Shown: one piece after another, positions 1 to 24,197 of the stretch
Layout: every line of letters starts with the position of its first letter
How positions within the stretch are numbered: position 1 is the first letter of the stretch
Assembly (NCBI RefSeq): GCF_009914755.1
Contig: NC_060943.1
DNA from: the human T2T-CHM13v2.0 reference genome, Homo sapiens
Strand: one strand, 5' to 3'
DNA: 64,000 bases
Made by a program: the position numbers and the translations under genes
The notes under the pieces: model-generated
Told to the model about the DNA's origin: nothing
What the model saw: the letters and a program-made list of their open reading frames with translations, nothing else
Database searches by the model: none

Positions 1-1029
1 GATTCTCTGGCTCGTCTGAAGGCAGTTCAACTCAAGTGTAAGAGTAAATGGGAAAGTGTGGTGCAGCTTCACTCCCCGCTGCCCCTGCCTCCCCACCGCC
101 CCTGCCTCGCTCCACGCTGCCCCTGCCTTGCTCCATGCCGCCCCTGCCTCACTCCCCGCCACCCTGGTACATCTCTCCTTTCTCATTGGCTCTGGATGGT
201 AGCGGCCAGGCATGGAGTGGCTGTTCCCAGAGGAACACATTCCCCTGAGGAGGGAACATTCTGGCTGGGCCCCAGCATAGGGTTGCCAGACTCAACAATA
301 AAACATTTAGCACCCTCGGAGACATTAGAATTTCAGATATGTATTCATTCATTCATTCATTTATTTATTCATTCATTTATTTTGAGACGGAGTCTCGCTC
401 TGTCGCCCAGGCTTGAGTGCAGTGGCGCAATCTCAGCTCACTGCAACCTCCACCTCCTGGGTTCAAGAGATTGACCTATCTTAGGCTCCCAAATAGCTGG
501 GATTACAGGCGTGTGCCACCACGCCCAGCTAATTTTGTATTTTTAGTAGAGACGGGGTTTCACTATGTTGTCAGGCTGGTCTCGAACTCCTGACCTCAGG
601 TGATCCACTTGCCTCAGCCTCCCAGACTGTTGGGATAACAGGCATGAGCCACAGCACCCAGCCAGAATTTCAGATTAACAACCAAAACGTTTCTTTTTTT
701 AAAACAGGGTCTCACTCTATGTTGCCCAGGCTGGAGTGCTCACTGCAACCTCTGCCTCTGGGGTTCAAGTGATTTTCCTGCCTCATCCTCCCAAGAAACC
801 ATGTGCCACCATGCCCGGCTAATTTTTTTATTTTTGGTAGAGATGGGGTTTCGCCATGTTGGCCAGGCTGTTCTCAAACTCCTGACATCAGGCAATCCTC
901 CCACCTTGGCCTCCCAAAGTGCTGGGATTACAGGCGTGAGCCACCGCGCCCGGTCAAAACATTTTTTTAGTAGGAGTCGGAGAATGTCCTACATTTTGCA
1001 CAAGAGAGACATACTTATACTAAAATACA

Positions 1030-2765
<1,736 letters not shown>

Positions 2766-3253
2766 GGGACACACTTAGGCTACAAAAGGATGTTTGATTG
2801 TCTGAAACTCAAGCTCCATGCGGTGTTCTGTATCTTATCTGCCCACCGAGGCCTGGTTTTCATCCCCACGGGTGTCCAGAGCAACTCCACTCCCTCCAGA
2901 AAAGCCCTCGGCCACGTGGGCACGTCCAGGGGACCCCACCCGGGGAAACAGAATGGCATTGTTCCCCCAGCTTCCTTTTCTGTGGGTTTCTAATGGGGAA
3001 AAGTGTGTTGGAGGCCAGGCATGAATCATTCTCCGCCCACGCAGCAGACACAGCATCCCAGGGGAGCTGAGGCGGAGGGGAGGCAATGAGATCCACCTTT
3101 GCAGACAATGTGGAGGTGATCCCCCACCCTCTGCAGAGAAAGGCGTCCCTGCAGACTGAGAACATGCAGAGTTTGAGGTTAAGGTCTCTTGGGGTCTCAC
3201 GAGAGTAAAAGAATGTAAGCTAGAGAACCAGGTGTGGTGGCTCCCGCCTGTAA

Positions 3254-3457
<204 letters not shown>

Positions 3458-3536
3458 TAACGTGGTGAAACCCCGTCTCTACTAAAAATACAAAAAATTA
3501 GCCAGGCGTGGTGGCGGGCGCCTGTAGTCCAAGCTA

Positions 3537-3907
<371 letters not shown>

Positions 3908-3965
3908 TTACCTGAGGCCACCGTGGCTACCTTGGCCCATCCATTGGTGAGAAGGGGTCACAGCC

Positions 3966-4067
3966 GGAGCTCGCAGGGGGCGGAGCTCGCGGAGGGCGGG
4001 GCTCGCGGGGGGCGGGGCTCGCGGGGGCGGGGCTCGAGGGGGCGGGGCTCGAGGGGGCGGGGCTCGC
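3966..4067. repeat. Tandem GC-box array (15-16 bp unit)
   Basis: GGGGGCGGGGCTCG(C/A) about 6 times. Confidence 0.9.
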
Positions 4068-4413
4068 ACAGGGCTTGAATCCCAGGAGGAGGGATCCCAG
4101 TGCTCCCGGTGGAATCTGCCTGCCCCAGGTGTCCTGTTACATCCCTCAGGGGCCGACAGCTGCCCAGTTCTGCTTAGGGATCCATGCGACACAGGCAGTT
4201 TCTCGCGGAAAATGGGTGGATCCCCTGCTCCAACGAGACTGAAAGCGGCAGGAGCATGGATGAACGTTGCGGTGTTGCCGTTGCACATGGCTGCCACCTG
4301 GCCATGTTCTGGGACTCATGCTTGTAAATCCTTTTACATTTCAAAGCCTTAGTGATGACTCATCAGTGGGAGAACACCCGGAACAGGGACTGGCAAATGA
4401 TTATAAAGGGTCA

Positions 4414-4683
<270 letters not shown>

Positions 4684-4694
4684 CTAAAAAATAA

Positions 4695-4949
<255 letters not shown>

Positions 4950-5151
4950 TAATTTTTATTTTCTGTCGACATGGGGTATTGCTATGTTGCCCAGGCTGGT
5001 CTCAAACTCCTGGACTCAAGCGATTGTCCTGCCGCGGCCTCTTAAGGAGATGGGATTGGCCGGGCACGGTGGCTCACGCCTGTAATCCCAGCATTTTGGG
5101 AGGCTGAGGTGGGCAGATCACGAGATCAGGAGATTGAGACCATCCTGGCTA

Positions 5152-5448
<297 letters not shown>

Positions 5449-5853
5449 CTAATTCTTTACACGTGGTCGGCTGCTTTAGCGTGACAATGGGAGAGTGAAG
5501 GGACACAGTCCTGACTGCCTTGTGAGCATGAAAATATTTACTGCTGCCAGCACAGTGGCTCACACCTGTCATCCCAGCACTTTGGGAGGCCAAGGCAGGT
5601 GGGTCACTTGAGGCCAGGAGTTTGAGAACAGCCTGGCCAATATGGTGAAACCCCATCTCTACTAGAAATACAAAAATTAGCCAGGTGTGATGGCACACGC
5701 CTGTGGTCCCAGCTACTTGGGAGACTGAGGCATGAGAATCACTTGAACCTGAGAGGCGGAGCTTGTAGTGAGATCACGCCACTGCACAGTGCACCTGTGG
5801 TCCCAGCACTTTGGGAGGCTGAGGAGGGAAGGTTGCCTGAGGCCAGGAGTTCA

Positions 5854-6024
<171 letters not shown>

Positions 6025-6027
6025 CTA

Positions 6028-6832
<805 letters not shown>

Positions 6833-6903
6833 TTAGGAATCTCTTTTGAACACTAGCCAACAGGAGTTGTTGATGAGTGTGACAGAAAAAGAGTCTGTGG
6901 TCA

Positions 6904-8366
<1,463 letters not shown>

Positions 8367-8619
8367 TAATTTTGGATTTTTAGTAGAGATGGGGTTTCTC
8401 CATGTTGGCCGGGCTGATCTGGAATTCCCGACCTCAAATCGTCCTCCTGCCTCAGCCTCCCAAAGTGCTGGGATGACAGGCGTGAGCCACCGCGCCCCGC
8501 CGTTTTTAAGGGTATAGTTGCAACCCTTGCTTATGGGAAGAGAAGCACCTTCAGCCTCTGACCCCGTGTTTCTGTCTTGCTGTGTGGCATCCAGCTCGCT
8601 GTCTGCGTGTCTCTGAGCC

Positions 8620-8761
8620 ATGGAGCCCACTGTGGCTGACGTACACCTCGTGCCCAGGACAACCAAGGAAGTCCCCGCTCTGGATGCCGCGTGCTGTCGA
8701 GCGGCCAGCATTGGCGTGGTGGCCACCAGCCTTGTCGTCCTCACCCTGGGAGTCCTTTTGG
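8620..8761 (+). CDS. TMPRSS9: First coding exon: cytoplasmic tail and signal-anchor TM helix
   Basis: gccATGg Kozak; [12 protein letters not shown]...[17 protein letters not shown]; donor GTAAGT at 8762; pyrimidine tract + CAG ending 8594 suggests upstream non-coding exon(s). Confidence 0.95.
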
Positions 8762-9329
8762 GTAAGTGGCTATGGGATTGGCTGGGTTCGCAATACAAGG
8801 GACATGTGCAAAGTCACCGGGAAGTGACTTGATGGTGTCTCCTTGGCCATCTGGAATCAAAGGGCAGTGTCTAGGCGTGGAGATGAAGGCTGCCCTAGGC
8901 CAGGCGGGTGGGCGGGGAGTGGAGCAGATGAGTTCCTACGTGTGTCAGTTTTCCCGACTAAAGAAGCTCCCGAAGGAAGTTTTCACAGCTGGGGTGACAG
9001 AGAAACAGAGACAGGGAAATGACCTTGTTTTAAATTTTGGCAAATCAGCAAAATACCCAAAGTAGTTTTTTTTTTTGTTTTTTTTTTTTTCTGAGACGGA
9101 GTCTCTCTCTGTCGCCCAGGCTGGAGTGCAGTGGTGTGATATCTCGGCTCACTGCAAGCTCCACCTCCCGGGTTCACACCGTTCTCCTGTGTCAGCCTCC
9201 CCGAGTAGCTGGGACTACAGGCGCCCGCCACCACCCCCGGCTAATTTTTTGTATTTTTAGTAGAGACGGGGTTTCACCGTGTTAGCCAGGATGGTCTCGA
9301 TCTCCTGACCTCATGATCCGCCCGCCTCA

Positions 9330-10085
<756 letters not shown>

Positions 10086-10317
10086 TTAATTTTAACATTT
10101 AAATGATGATAATAAACAGCAATTTGGGGAGAAATGCTCTCGTGTGGCAAAATAGTAAGTTCGCGATCCTATGAGAATCCTCCTAGGTTTTTTTTTTTCT
10201 TTTTTCTTTTTTTTTTAAAATATTTGTGGAACTTCTGGAAACTCCCAGAGCCAGACATGTTTGACTGAGGCCCTCTAGTGGCTGTAGGTACCAAGTGCAA
10301 TACAATTTGGGTTCCTC

Positions 10318-10446
10318 GTGTGAGTGTATTTGTGTGTTCATGAGTGTGTGCATGGTGCACACGTGTTCATTTGCATGCGTTTGTGCATGCATGTGTGTGT
10401 CTGCGTGTGTATCTATGTGTGCATGCGTGTGTGTGTGTGTGTGTGT
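10318..10446. repeat. Degenerate (TG)n microsatellite
   Basis: Alternating purine-pyrimidine run ending in pure TG. Confidence 0.9.
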
Positions 10447-10586
10447 CCATCACCTAGTGAGAGGCAGGGGCGGGGCAGAATTTCTCATCTGCATTGTAAC
10501 AAATACATTTTGGGAAAAACAGATAAATATAATTCCCATCAGGACCCCCCGGAAAGGAAAGGAAGTCTTTTTTTTTTTTTTTTTGA

Positions 10587-10892
<306 letters not shown>

Positions 10893-11053
10893 TAAGGCCA
10901 AGTGTGGTGGCTCCTGCCTGTAATCCCAGCACTCTGGGAGGCTGAGGCAGGAGGATTGCTTGAGCTCAGGAGTTCGAGACCAACCTAGGCAACATAGCAA
11001 GACCCCATCTCTACAAAAAATTAAATAATGAAGACAAGAAACATTTAAAATTA

Positions 11054-11337
<284 letters not shown>

Positions 11338-11398
11338 TCAGCCTGGTAACATGGTGAAACCCTGTCTCTACAAAAAATGCAGAAAATTAGCCAGGGCC

Positions 11399-12396
11399 GG
11401 GCGAAGCCAGCTGGGCTCCTGAGTCGAGTGGGGACTTGGAGAATTGTTATGTCTAGCTGGAGGATTGTATATGCACCAGTGAACACTCTGTGTCTAGCTA
11501 ATCTGGTGGGGACTTGGATAACTTTTATGTCTAACTAGAGGATTGTAAATGCACCAATAAGCACTCTGTGTCTAGCTCAAGGTTTATAAACACACCAATC
11601 AGTGCTCTGTGTCTAGCTAATCTAGTGGGGACTTGGAGAAATTTTAAGTCTAGCTAAAGGTTTGTAAATGCACCAATGAGCACCCTGTGTCTAGCTCAAG
11701 GTTTGCAAATGCACCAATCGCACCAATCAGTGTTCTGTGTCTAGCTAATCTAGTGGGGACTTGGAGAACTTTTGTGTCTAGCTAAAGATTTGTAAATGCA
11801 CCAATCAGCACCCTGTGTCTAGCTCAGGGATTGTAAACACACCAATCAGCACCCTGTCAAAACGGACCAGTCAGCTCTCTGTAAAATGGACCAATCAGCG
11901 CTCTGTAAAATGGGCCAATCAGGAGGATGTGGGTGGGGCCAGATAAGGGAATAAAAGCGGACTGCTGGAGCCAGCAGCGGCAACCGGCTTGGGGACCTTT
12001 TCACAGTGTAGAGGATTTGTTTTTTAATTCTCTGCGAGAAATCTTGCTGCTGCTCACTCGTTGGGTGTGAGATGCTTTTATGAGCTGTAACACTCACTGT
12101 GAAGGTCTGCAGTTTCACTCCTGAGGCCAGCAAAACCACAAACCCACCAGGAGGAATGAACAACTCCAGACACGCTGCCTTAAGAGCTGCAACACTCCCT
12201 GGGAAGGTCTACAGCGTCACTCCTGAAGCAAGCAAGACCACGAACCCACCAGAAGGAAGAAATTCCGAACACATCCGAACATCAGCAAGAACAAACTCCG
12301 GACACACCATCTTTAAGAAATGTAACACTCAGCGTGAGGATCCGCAGCTTCATTCTTGAAGTCAGTGAGACCAAGAACCCACGAATTTCGGACACA
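11399..12396 (+). mobile_element. LTR12 (ERV9) solo LTR
   Basis: Tandem caccaatcagc/tgtctagct subrepeats, AGATAAG 11941, AATAAAA TATA-like box 11950, U5 repeats, ends ...GGACACA. Confidence 0.9.
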
Positions 12397-12465
12397 GTAA
12401 CATGGGGAAACCCTGTCTCTACAAAAGAATGCAAACAATTAGCCAGGGCCAGGCATAGTAGCTCA

Positions 12466-12815
<350 letters not shown>

Positions 12816-13958
12816 TCAGGAGATTGAAACCATCCTGGCCAACATGGTGAAACCCCGTCTCTACTAAAATACAAAAAACATTAGTTGGTCATCGTGGCAT
12901 GTGCCTGTAGTCCTAGCTACTCGGGAAGCTAAGGCAAGGGAATCGCTTGGACCCAGGAGGCAGAGGTTGCACTGAGCCAAGATCGTGCCACTGCATCCCA
13001 GCCTGGCAACAGAGTGTGAGACTGTGTCAAGAAAAGAGAAGGAAAGAGAAAGCTAGCCAGCCAGGCGTGATAGTGGGCGCCTGTGGTCTAGCTACTTGGG
13101 AGGCTAAGGCAGGAGGATCACCTGAGCCCATGAGGTCGAGGCTGCAGTGAGCAGTGATTGTGCCACTGCACTGAAGCCCGAACAATAGAGACCTTGTCTC
13201 AAAAAAATAAAACATTTAAAAAAATAAAAATGAGAATTCAGCCCTTCGCAAACAGCTCACCATTTTAGTTGGAGATGAGAGGCTGAGTGGAGAGCGGGAG
13301 GCGTTCTGAACTATTTCTGCAACTTCCTGAATCTGCAGTTGTTTAGAGTAGAAACAGAGTGAGGTTGGGACACAGAGGCGGGGCAATTCAGTCCGCCCAC
13401 CAGGGTGCTCGTGTTTCTTTATTTTTAGTTTCTTGAACGAGAAAACATACCGTTTTTAGAATTGGTTCAGAATATTCTATCTACTGAATATATGGCTACG
13501 TAAATACCCATCTAGCATATCTATCCATTTAGGATAAACGGAATTGGGACCCAGCTTTCACGGTTTACGCGGTTGCTATTTGCATGGTTTAAATGTTGTA
13601 ATTACGGCCATTTTTTTTGCGCTGGTGTGCACTTCTGGTAGTTTTAACGTATTTTTGACCAAAACTCGTGCTCTCATGGTTTCTGTGGTTGCTCTCGTAG
13701 TTTTTATTTAGATTTTTTTCTGCTGCTGCTTGCATCAGCATAGGAATTTTTTATGACTATTATTTTTGCTGTACTTTGTACTTTGGACACAACACAGCCA
13801 ACAGCTAAAAACCAGTGCTTTCTGCCTGGCGTGGTGGCTCACGCCTGTCATCCCGGCACTTTGGCAGGCTGAGGCGGGCAGATCACCTGAGGTCAGGAGT
13901 TCCCGACCAGCCTGGCCAATGTGGCGAAACCCCATCTCTGCTAAAAATACAAAAATTA

Positions 13959-14249
<291 letters not shown>

Positions 14250-14252
14250 CTA

Positions 14253-14537
<285 letters not shown>

Positions 14538-14668
14538 TCAAAACAAACAGGCCGGGTGTGGTGGCTCACGCCTGTAATCTGAGCACTTTGGGAGGCCGAG
14601 GAGGGCGGATCACGAGGTCAGGAGATAGAGACCATCCTGGCTAACACAGTGAAATCCCGTCTCTACTA

Positions 14669-14953
<285 letters not shown>

Positions 14954-15362
14954 TCACCGTCTCCTGATGCCATTCCAGAGGTTACGCCCTGAAGTCAGCT
15001 CAGATCCTGGGCCAGGCACTGCATGGGAGACAGGCATGAGCAGGACCTCTTTCTGCCTTCGAGGAAAACACGGGGGCATCTGGGGCTCACTTGGCACTCA
15101 TCCACCTTGTGCTGTACCTGGGGACCTCCGGGTGGGTGGCTGTCATAGAATTCGGCTCCAAACCAGGATGCTTTTGGGAATTGAGGGAGAGCCCTGTGAG
15201 TAGCTATTCAGGGCTATCACGGGGGCGTCGACCACCCCACTGCGTGTCAGGAGTGACCACCAGGGTGTGTGAGTGCAAACAGGGCGGGGCCTGGGTGGCA
15301 GCTCAGCGGAGCCCTGAGCCCCCAAAGGTGGGCTCTCTCACGGGCCCTGGTCTCGTCCCCAG

Positions 15363-15490
15363 CCTTCCTCTCTACACAGGGCTTCCACGTGGACCACACG
15401 GCCGAGCTGCGGGGAATCCGGTGGACCAGCAGTTTGCGGCGGGAGACCTCGGACTATCACCGCACGCTGACGCCCACCCTGGAGGCACTG
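15363..15490 (+). CDS. TMPRSS9: Coding exon, stem/SEA N-part
   Basis: cccAG|cc ttc; (A)FLSTQGFHVDHTAELRGIRW...TLEAL; donor GTGAGG. Confidence 0.93.
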
Positions 15491-15601
15491 GTGAGGGTGG
15501 TCTGTGTTTGGGGGCCAGGGAGGAAGAGCGGGTGGCCGGGGGCTTTGACCTGGAGGTGCTTTCCGTGTGGGAGGGAGGCAGGCCACAGGCAACGAAGCTG
15601 A

Positions 15602-16315
<714 letters not shown>

Positions 16316-16430
16316 TGACTCAGCCAGGAAAAGGGGCCAGGCTTGGACACAGGACACAGCGAATTATATTTTAATGAAAAAATAATGTTTTCCATTTTAT
16401 TCGAAGAGAAACAGACGTGTGACCACATCA

Positions 16431-17482
<1,052 letters not shown>

Positions 17483-17618
17483 TTAAAATAATAAAAGGAA
17501 ATGCTTTCCCATGGAACCAACCCCTTCTCCAGCTCCCTCCAACACCTGACAGGCCTCTGCAGTGCCAGGGTGCCCATGCTGTGGGTCTCAACATTTGATA
17601 TTCTTGTTTCTATTGCAG

Positions 17619-17686
17619 TTTGTAAGTAGTTTTCAGAAGACAGAGTTAGAGGCAAGCTGCGTGGGTTGCTCGGTACTGAATTATAG
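17619..17686 (+). CDS. TMPRSS9: Cassette exon of SEA-containing isoform
   Basis: ttcttgtttctattgcAG| FVSSFQKTELEASCVGCSVLNY |GTGAGT; 68 nt, in frame only together with acceptor 17842. Confidence 0.8.
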
Positions 17687-17841
17687 GTGAGTTGGAGCTT
17701 CCATTGGGTGAAGGAAACTTGGTGGACATCTGGGAGTTTCTGGAGGAGTCCAGAAAAGTTTGGAAGATTCTAGAAGATTCCAGAAGATTCCAGCAGGGCG
17801 GAGCCCCTCCCTCTCCAAGGGCCTCTCCTCCATACCTGTAG

Positions 17842-18017
17842 GGATGGGAACTCCAGTGTCCTCGTACATTTCCAGCTGCACTTTCTGCTGCGACCCCTCC
17901 AGACGCTGAGCCTGGGCCTGGAGGAGGAGCTATTGCAGCGAGGGATCCGGGCAAGGCTGCGGGAGCACGGCATCTCCCTGGCTGCCTATGGCACAATTGT
18001 GTCGGCTGAGCTCACAG
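17842..18017 (+). CDS. TMPRSS9: Coding exon with two acceptors (17842 long, 17876 short)
   Basis: (R)[34 protein letters not shown]...SAELT; donor GTGAGT. Confidence 0.9.
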
Positions 18018-18049
18018 GTGAGTGGGCAGCCGAGACCGAAACCCCATCA

Positions 18050-18235
<186 letters not shown>

Positions 18236-18289
18236 CTAAAAATACAAAAATCAGTTGGGCGTGGTGGTGTGCACCTGTAATCCTACCTA

Positions 18290-19036
<747 letters not shown>

Positions 19037-19910
19037 CTGTAGAATCAAGGATAAATGCTACACTCTAATAAAATTGTATGGAAGGCCGGGTGTGGTGGCT
19101 TATGCCTGTAATTCCAGCAATTTGGGAGGCCAAGGTGGGCTGATCACTTCAGATCAGGAGTTCGAGACCAGCCTGGCCAACATGGCGAAACCCCGTCTCT
19201 ACTAAAAATACAAAAATGAGCTGGGTGTGGTGGCACGTGCCTGTAATCCCAGCTGCTCAGGAGGCTGAGGCAGGAGAATTGCTGGAACCCAGGAGGCGGA
19301 GGTTGCAGTGAGCCAAGGTTGCACTACTGCACTCCAGCCTGGGTGACAGAGTGAGACTCCATCTCAAAAAAAAATTAATAAAAATAAAAAATAAAATTAT
19401 ACAGTGCATGATTTTGTATGCACCTGGTTTTAAAAAATAAAAAACAAAATTGTACGGTGCAGCAGGTCATGATTGGAGAGTCAGATGCAAGTTCAGACCA
19501 TTGTTAAAGATTTGTTGCCAGGTGTGGTGGCTCATGCCTGTAATCCCAGCACTTTGGGAGGCCGAGGTGGGTGGATCACCTGAGGTCAGGAGTTTGAGAC
19601 CAGCCGGGCCAACACGGTGAAACCCCATCTCTACTAAAAATAAAAAAATTAGCCGGGCATGGTGGCGGGCGCCTATAATCCCAGCTACTTGGGAGGCTGA
19701 GGCAGGAGAATTGCTTAAACCTGGTGGAGGTGGAGGTTGCAGTGAGCCAAGATAGCACCACTGCACTGTAGCCTGGGTAACAGAGTGAGACTCTGTCTTA
19801 AAAAAAAAAAAAAAATGGCCGGGCGCGGTGGCTCACGCCTGTAATCCCAGCACTTTAGGAGGCCGAGGTGGGCAGATCACAAGGTCAGGAGATCGAGACC
19901 ATCCTGGCTA

Positions 19911-20201
<291 letters not shown>

Positions 20202-20402
20202 TCACAGAACTTCCCTTGGTGATAGGGAGGTTCCAGGCCTTGTGCAGTTTGGTGGCCGTCCGAGCCCTGGGGCTGGTGAGTGCTCCCCGTGGGGCAAGTG
20301 AGACTGAGGATCGGTGTTGAAGTAGATTTCATCCTCGCTGATTGAAGGCAGAATTTAAGTGACGCCAGGGTGGACAAGGCAGCTGCTCACTTTACTCCAT
20401 GA

Positions 20403-20668
<266 letters not shown>

Positions 20669-20798
20669 TGATCCACCCGCCTCAGCCTCCCAAAGTGCTG
20701 GGATTACAGGTGTGAGCCACCGCGCCCGGCCAATAGGATGTGTTCAAAGGGTTTTACCGCTTATTCAGTGAGCTTCTATCTTCTCTGTTTTGTTGCAG

Positions 20799-20840
20799 GG
20801 AGACATAAGGGACCCTTGGCAGAAAGAGACTTCAAATCAG
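20799..20840 (+). CDS. TMPRSS9: 42-nt linker exon
   Basis: ttttgttgcAG| (G)RHKGPLAERDFKS |GTATGT. Confidence 0.9.
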
Positions 20841-21151
20841 GTATGTTTTTCTCTCTGGCCTTTTCTCTGATTGCAGTTACTGACAGAGGTTTCCTAAGAC
20901 TCATTTCAAGGAAGTGAAGGAATCCCTGGAACGAGGCTGGGCGCGGTGGCTCACATCTGTCGTCCCAGCACTTCAGGAGGCTGAGGCAGGAGGATCACTT
21001 GAGGCCAGGAGTTTGAGACCAGGCTGGACAACAGAGCGAGACCCTATCTCTACAAAAATAATAATAAAAAAAGGCCAAAAATAATTTTTAAAATTATTAT
21101 AAAAAATAATAAAAATTAGCCGGGCATAGTGGCGTATTGCCTGTACTCTCA

Positions 21152-21412
<261 letters not shown>

Positions 21413-21905
21413 TTAGCCAGGCGTGGTGGGGCGTGCCTGTAATCCCAGCTACTCAGGAGGCTGAGGCATGAGAATCACTTCAACCAGGGAGGCGGAGGTT
21501 GCGGTGAGCCGCGATTGTGCCATTGCACTCCAGGCTGGGCAACAAGAGTGAAACTCTGTCTCAAAAAAATAAATAAATAAAATAAAATAAAAATAAATAA
21601 AATAAATAGCCTGGGTTGGTGGTGTGCACCTGTGGTCCCAACTACTCAGGAGGCTGAGGCAGGAGGATTGCTTGAACCTGGAGTTAGAGGCTGCGGTGAG
21701 CTGTGATTGCACCACTGCACTCCCGTTTGGGTAACAGAGCTAGACCCTGTCTCAAAAACAAAAATAAAAACAAGGAAAAGGAAAGAAAAGGAGAGAGAGA
21801 GTTTCCACATTTCCGTACCCTGGTGGTACTAAGTATAGCATGGTGCCTTACTCCAACCAGGAGATGTAGCATGAGGTCAGAAAGTCGGTTCTTTTCTGTC
21901 CTCAG

Positions 21906-22019
21906 GCCGCTGTCCAGGGAACTCCTTTTCCTGCGGGAACAGCCAGTGTGTGACCAAGGTGAACCCGGAGTGTGACGACCAGGAGGACTGCTCCGATGGG
22001 TCCGACGAGGCGCACTGCG
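21906..22019 (+). CDS. TMPRSS9: LDL-receptor class A exon
   Basis: [37 protein letters not shown]: six Cys and DCxDGSDE. Confidence 0.96.
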
Positions 22020-22629
22020 GTCAGTCTGCCTGTCTGGCCTGGTCTCTGGGCCCCTTCCCTTTTCCAGGGTCAGCTGCTGGCTCTGGTCTGTGGTCACTGT
22101 GCTTATTTCACTGGGCACACAGGCCTGGCATTTATGGGGGCTGGGCAGAGAAAAGAAAGGGGCACCCATGGTATGGGGAGAAACATGAGCAAACAGCAGA
22201 GTAAAGGAAAAGTGCAGGTGTGTGATGGGAAGAAGCCTGGGGAGAGGAGGGAGAAGATATCAGGCTGAAAACAGAGGTTGTGGCCACAGCCTGGGAAGTG
22301 TTGAATACCAGGAACTGGAGCTCTGTCCTATAAGCAGTGGGGCGTGGCCACAGGGATGTGAGCAACGGAAAGAGACAATTAAAATGCCGTAAGAGATTAG
22401 CAGGGTGCGGTGGCTCACACCTGTCATCCCAGCACTTTGGGAGGCCAAGGCAGGAGGATCACTTGAGGCCAGGAGTTTCAGACCAGCCTGGACAATATAG
22501 TGAGACCCCATCTCTACTAAAAAAAAAAAAAAATTGGCCAGGCACGGTGGCTCACACCTGTAATCCCAGCACTTTGGGAGGCTGAGGCAGGTAGATCACG
22601 AGGTCAGGAGATCGAGACCATCGTGGCTA

Positions 22630-22949
<320 letters not shown>

Positions 22950-23212
22950 CTACTGCACTGTCCAGCCTGGATAATAGAGTGAGACCTTGTCTCAAAAATA
23001 AATAAAATGCTGGAAGAGTAGCCAATGTTTCTATAAAAATACTAGCCCATGCAATAAGGTAAGGACAGCAGTTTAAGTATTGAAAAGGAAGAGGAAAATC
23101 TTAATTCATTTGAAATCATTGTCTGTCTAAAATAAATCAATATCCAAACAGAAGGAGAGAAGCTGAAAGAGTAAAATAAAATGAATCAAGAAATTGACTA
23201 AAAAGCTATTTA

Positions 23213-23344
<132 letters not shown>

Positions 23345-23593
23345 CTACAGAGCAAAACTCTGTCTCAAAAAAAAAAAAGCTGTCATTTTGCTTTATACAG
23401 TAATAATAAGATAGAAGATACAAAGGAAAAAATATCTTTCATGATCAGTAGTGACAAAAAATATCAAGACTAGGCCTGATGCCGTGGCTCAGGCCTGTAA
23501 TCCCAGCACTTTGGGACGCCGAGGCAGGCAGATCACTTGATGTCAGGAGTTCGAGACCAGCCTGGTCAATTTGGTGAAACCCCGGCTCTACTA

Positions 23594-23773
<180 letters not shown>

Positions 23774-24197
23774 TCAAAGACTAAACTTACAAACGTGCCA
23801 TGCCTGTGATGATAATTATTATATATAATTATAGAATTACAAAATTTTGTGAAGGACATAAAAGTAGACTAAATAAGCAGACAGACACAATATCCTATAC
23901 AAACATGTACGTGGGGTCATCGCCCCTTACCCACAGCTAAGATAGAGACCTTTCTCTGCCACTCACTGGTGCACGTGACCTTGAATGCTTGACCTACGTG
24001 CCAGGATGGGGCAGCCGAGGAGTTGAAGAGGAAGGGATGGGGAGACCCCAGAAGAGTCAGGGAAGCCAAGGAGGGGCCCCCAAGCATCTCTTTGAACTTA
24101 GGGACTGTAGACGAGAGACTCAGAGATGCATGTTCTGGGAGTTCAGGGTGAGGTCCTGCCTTCGTGGGGTCATGGCTGGTGACCTGCTGTCTTGCAG

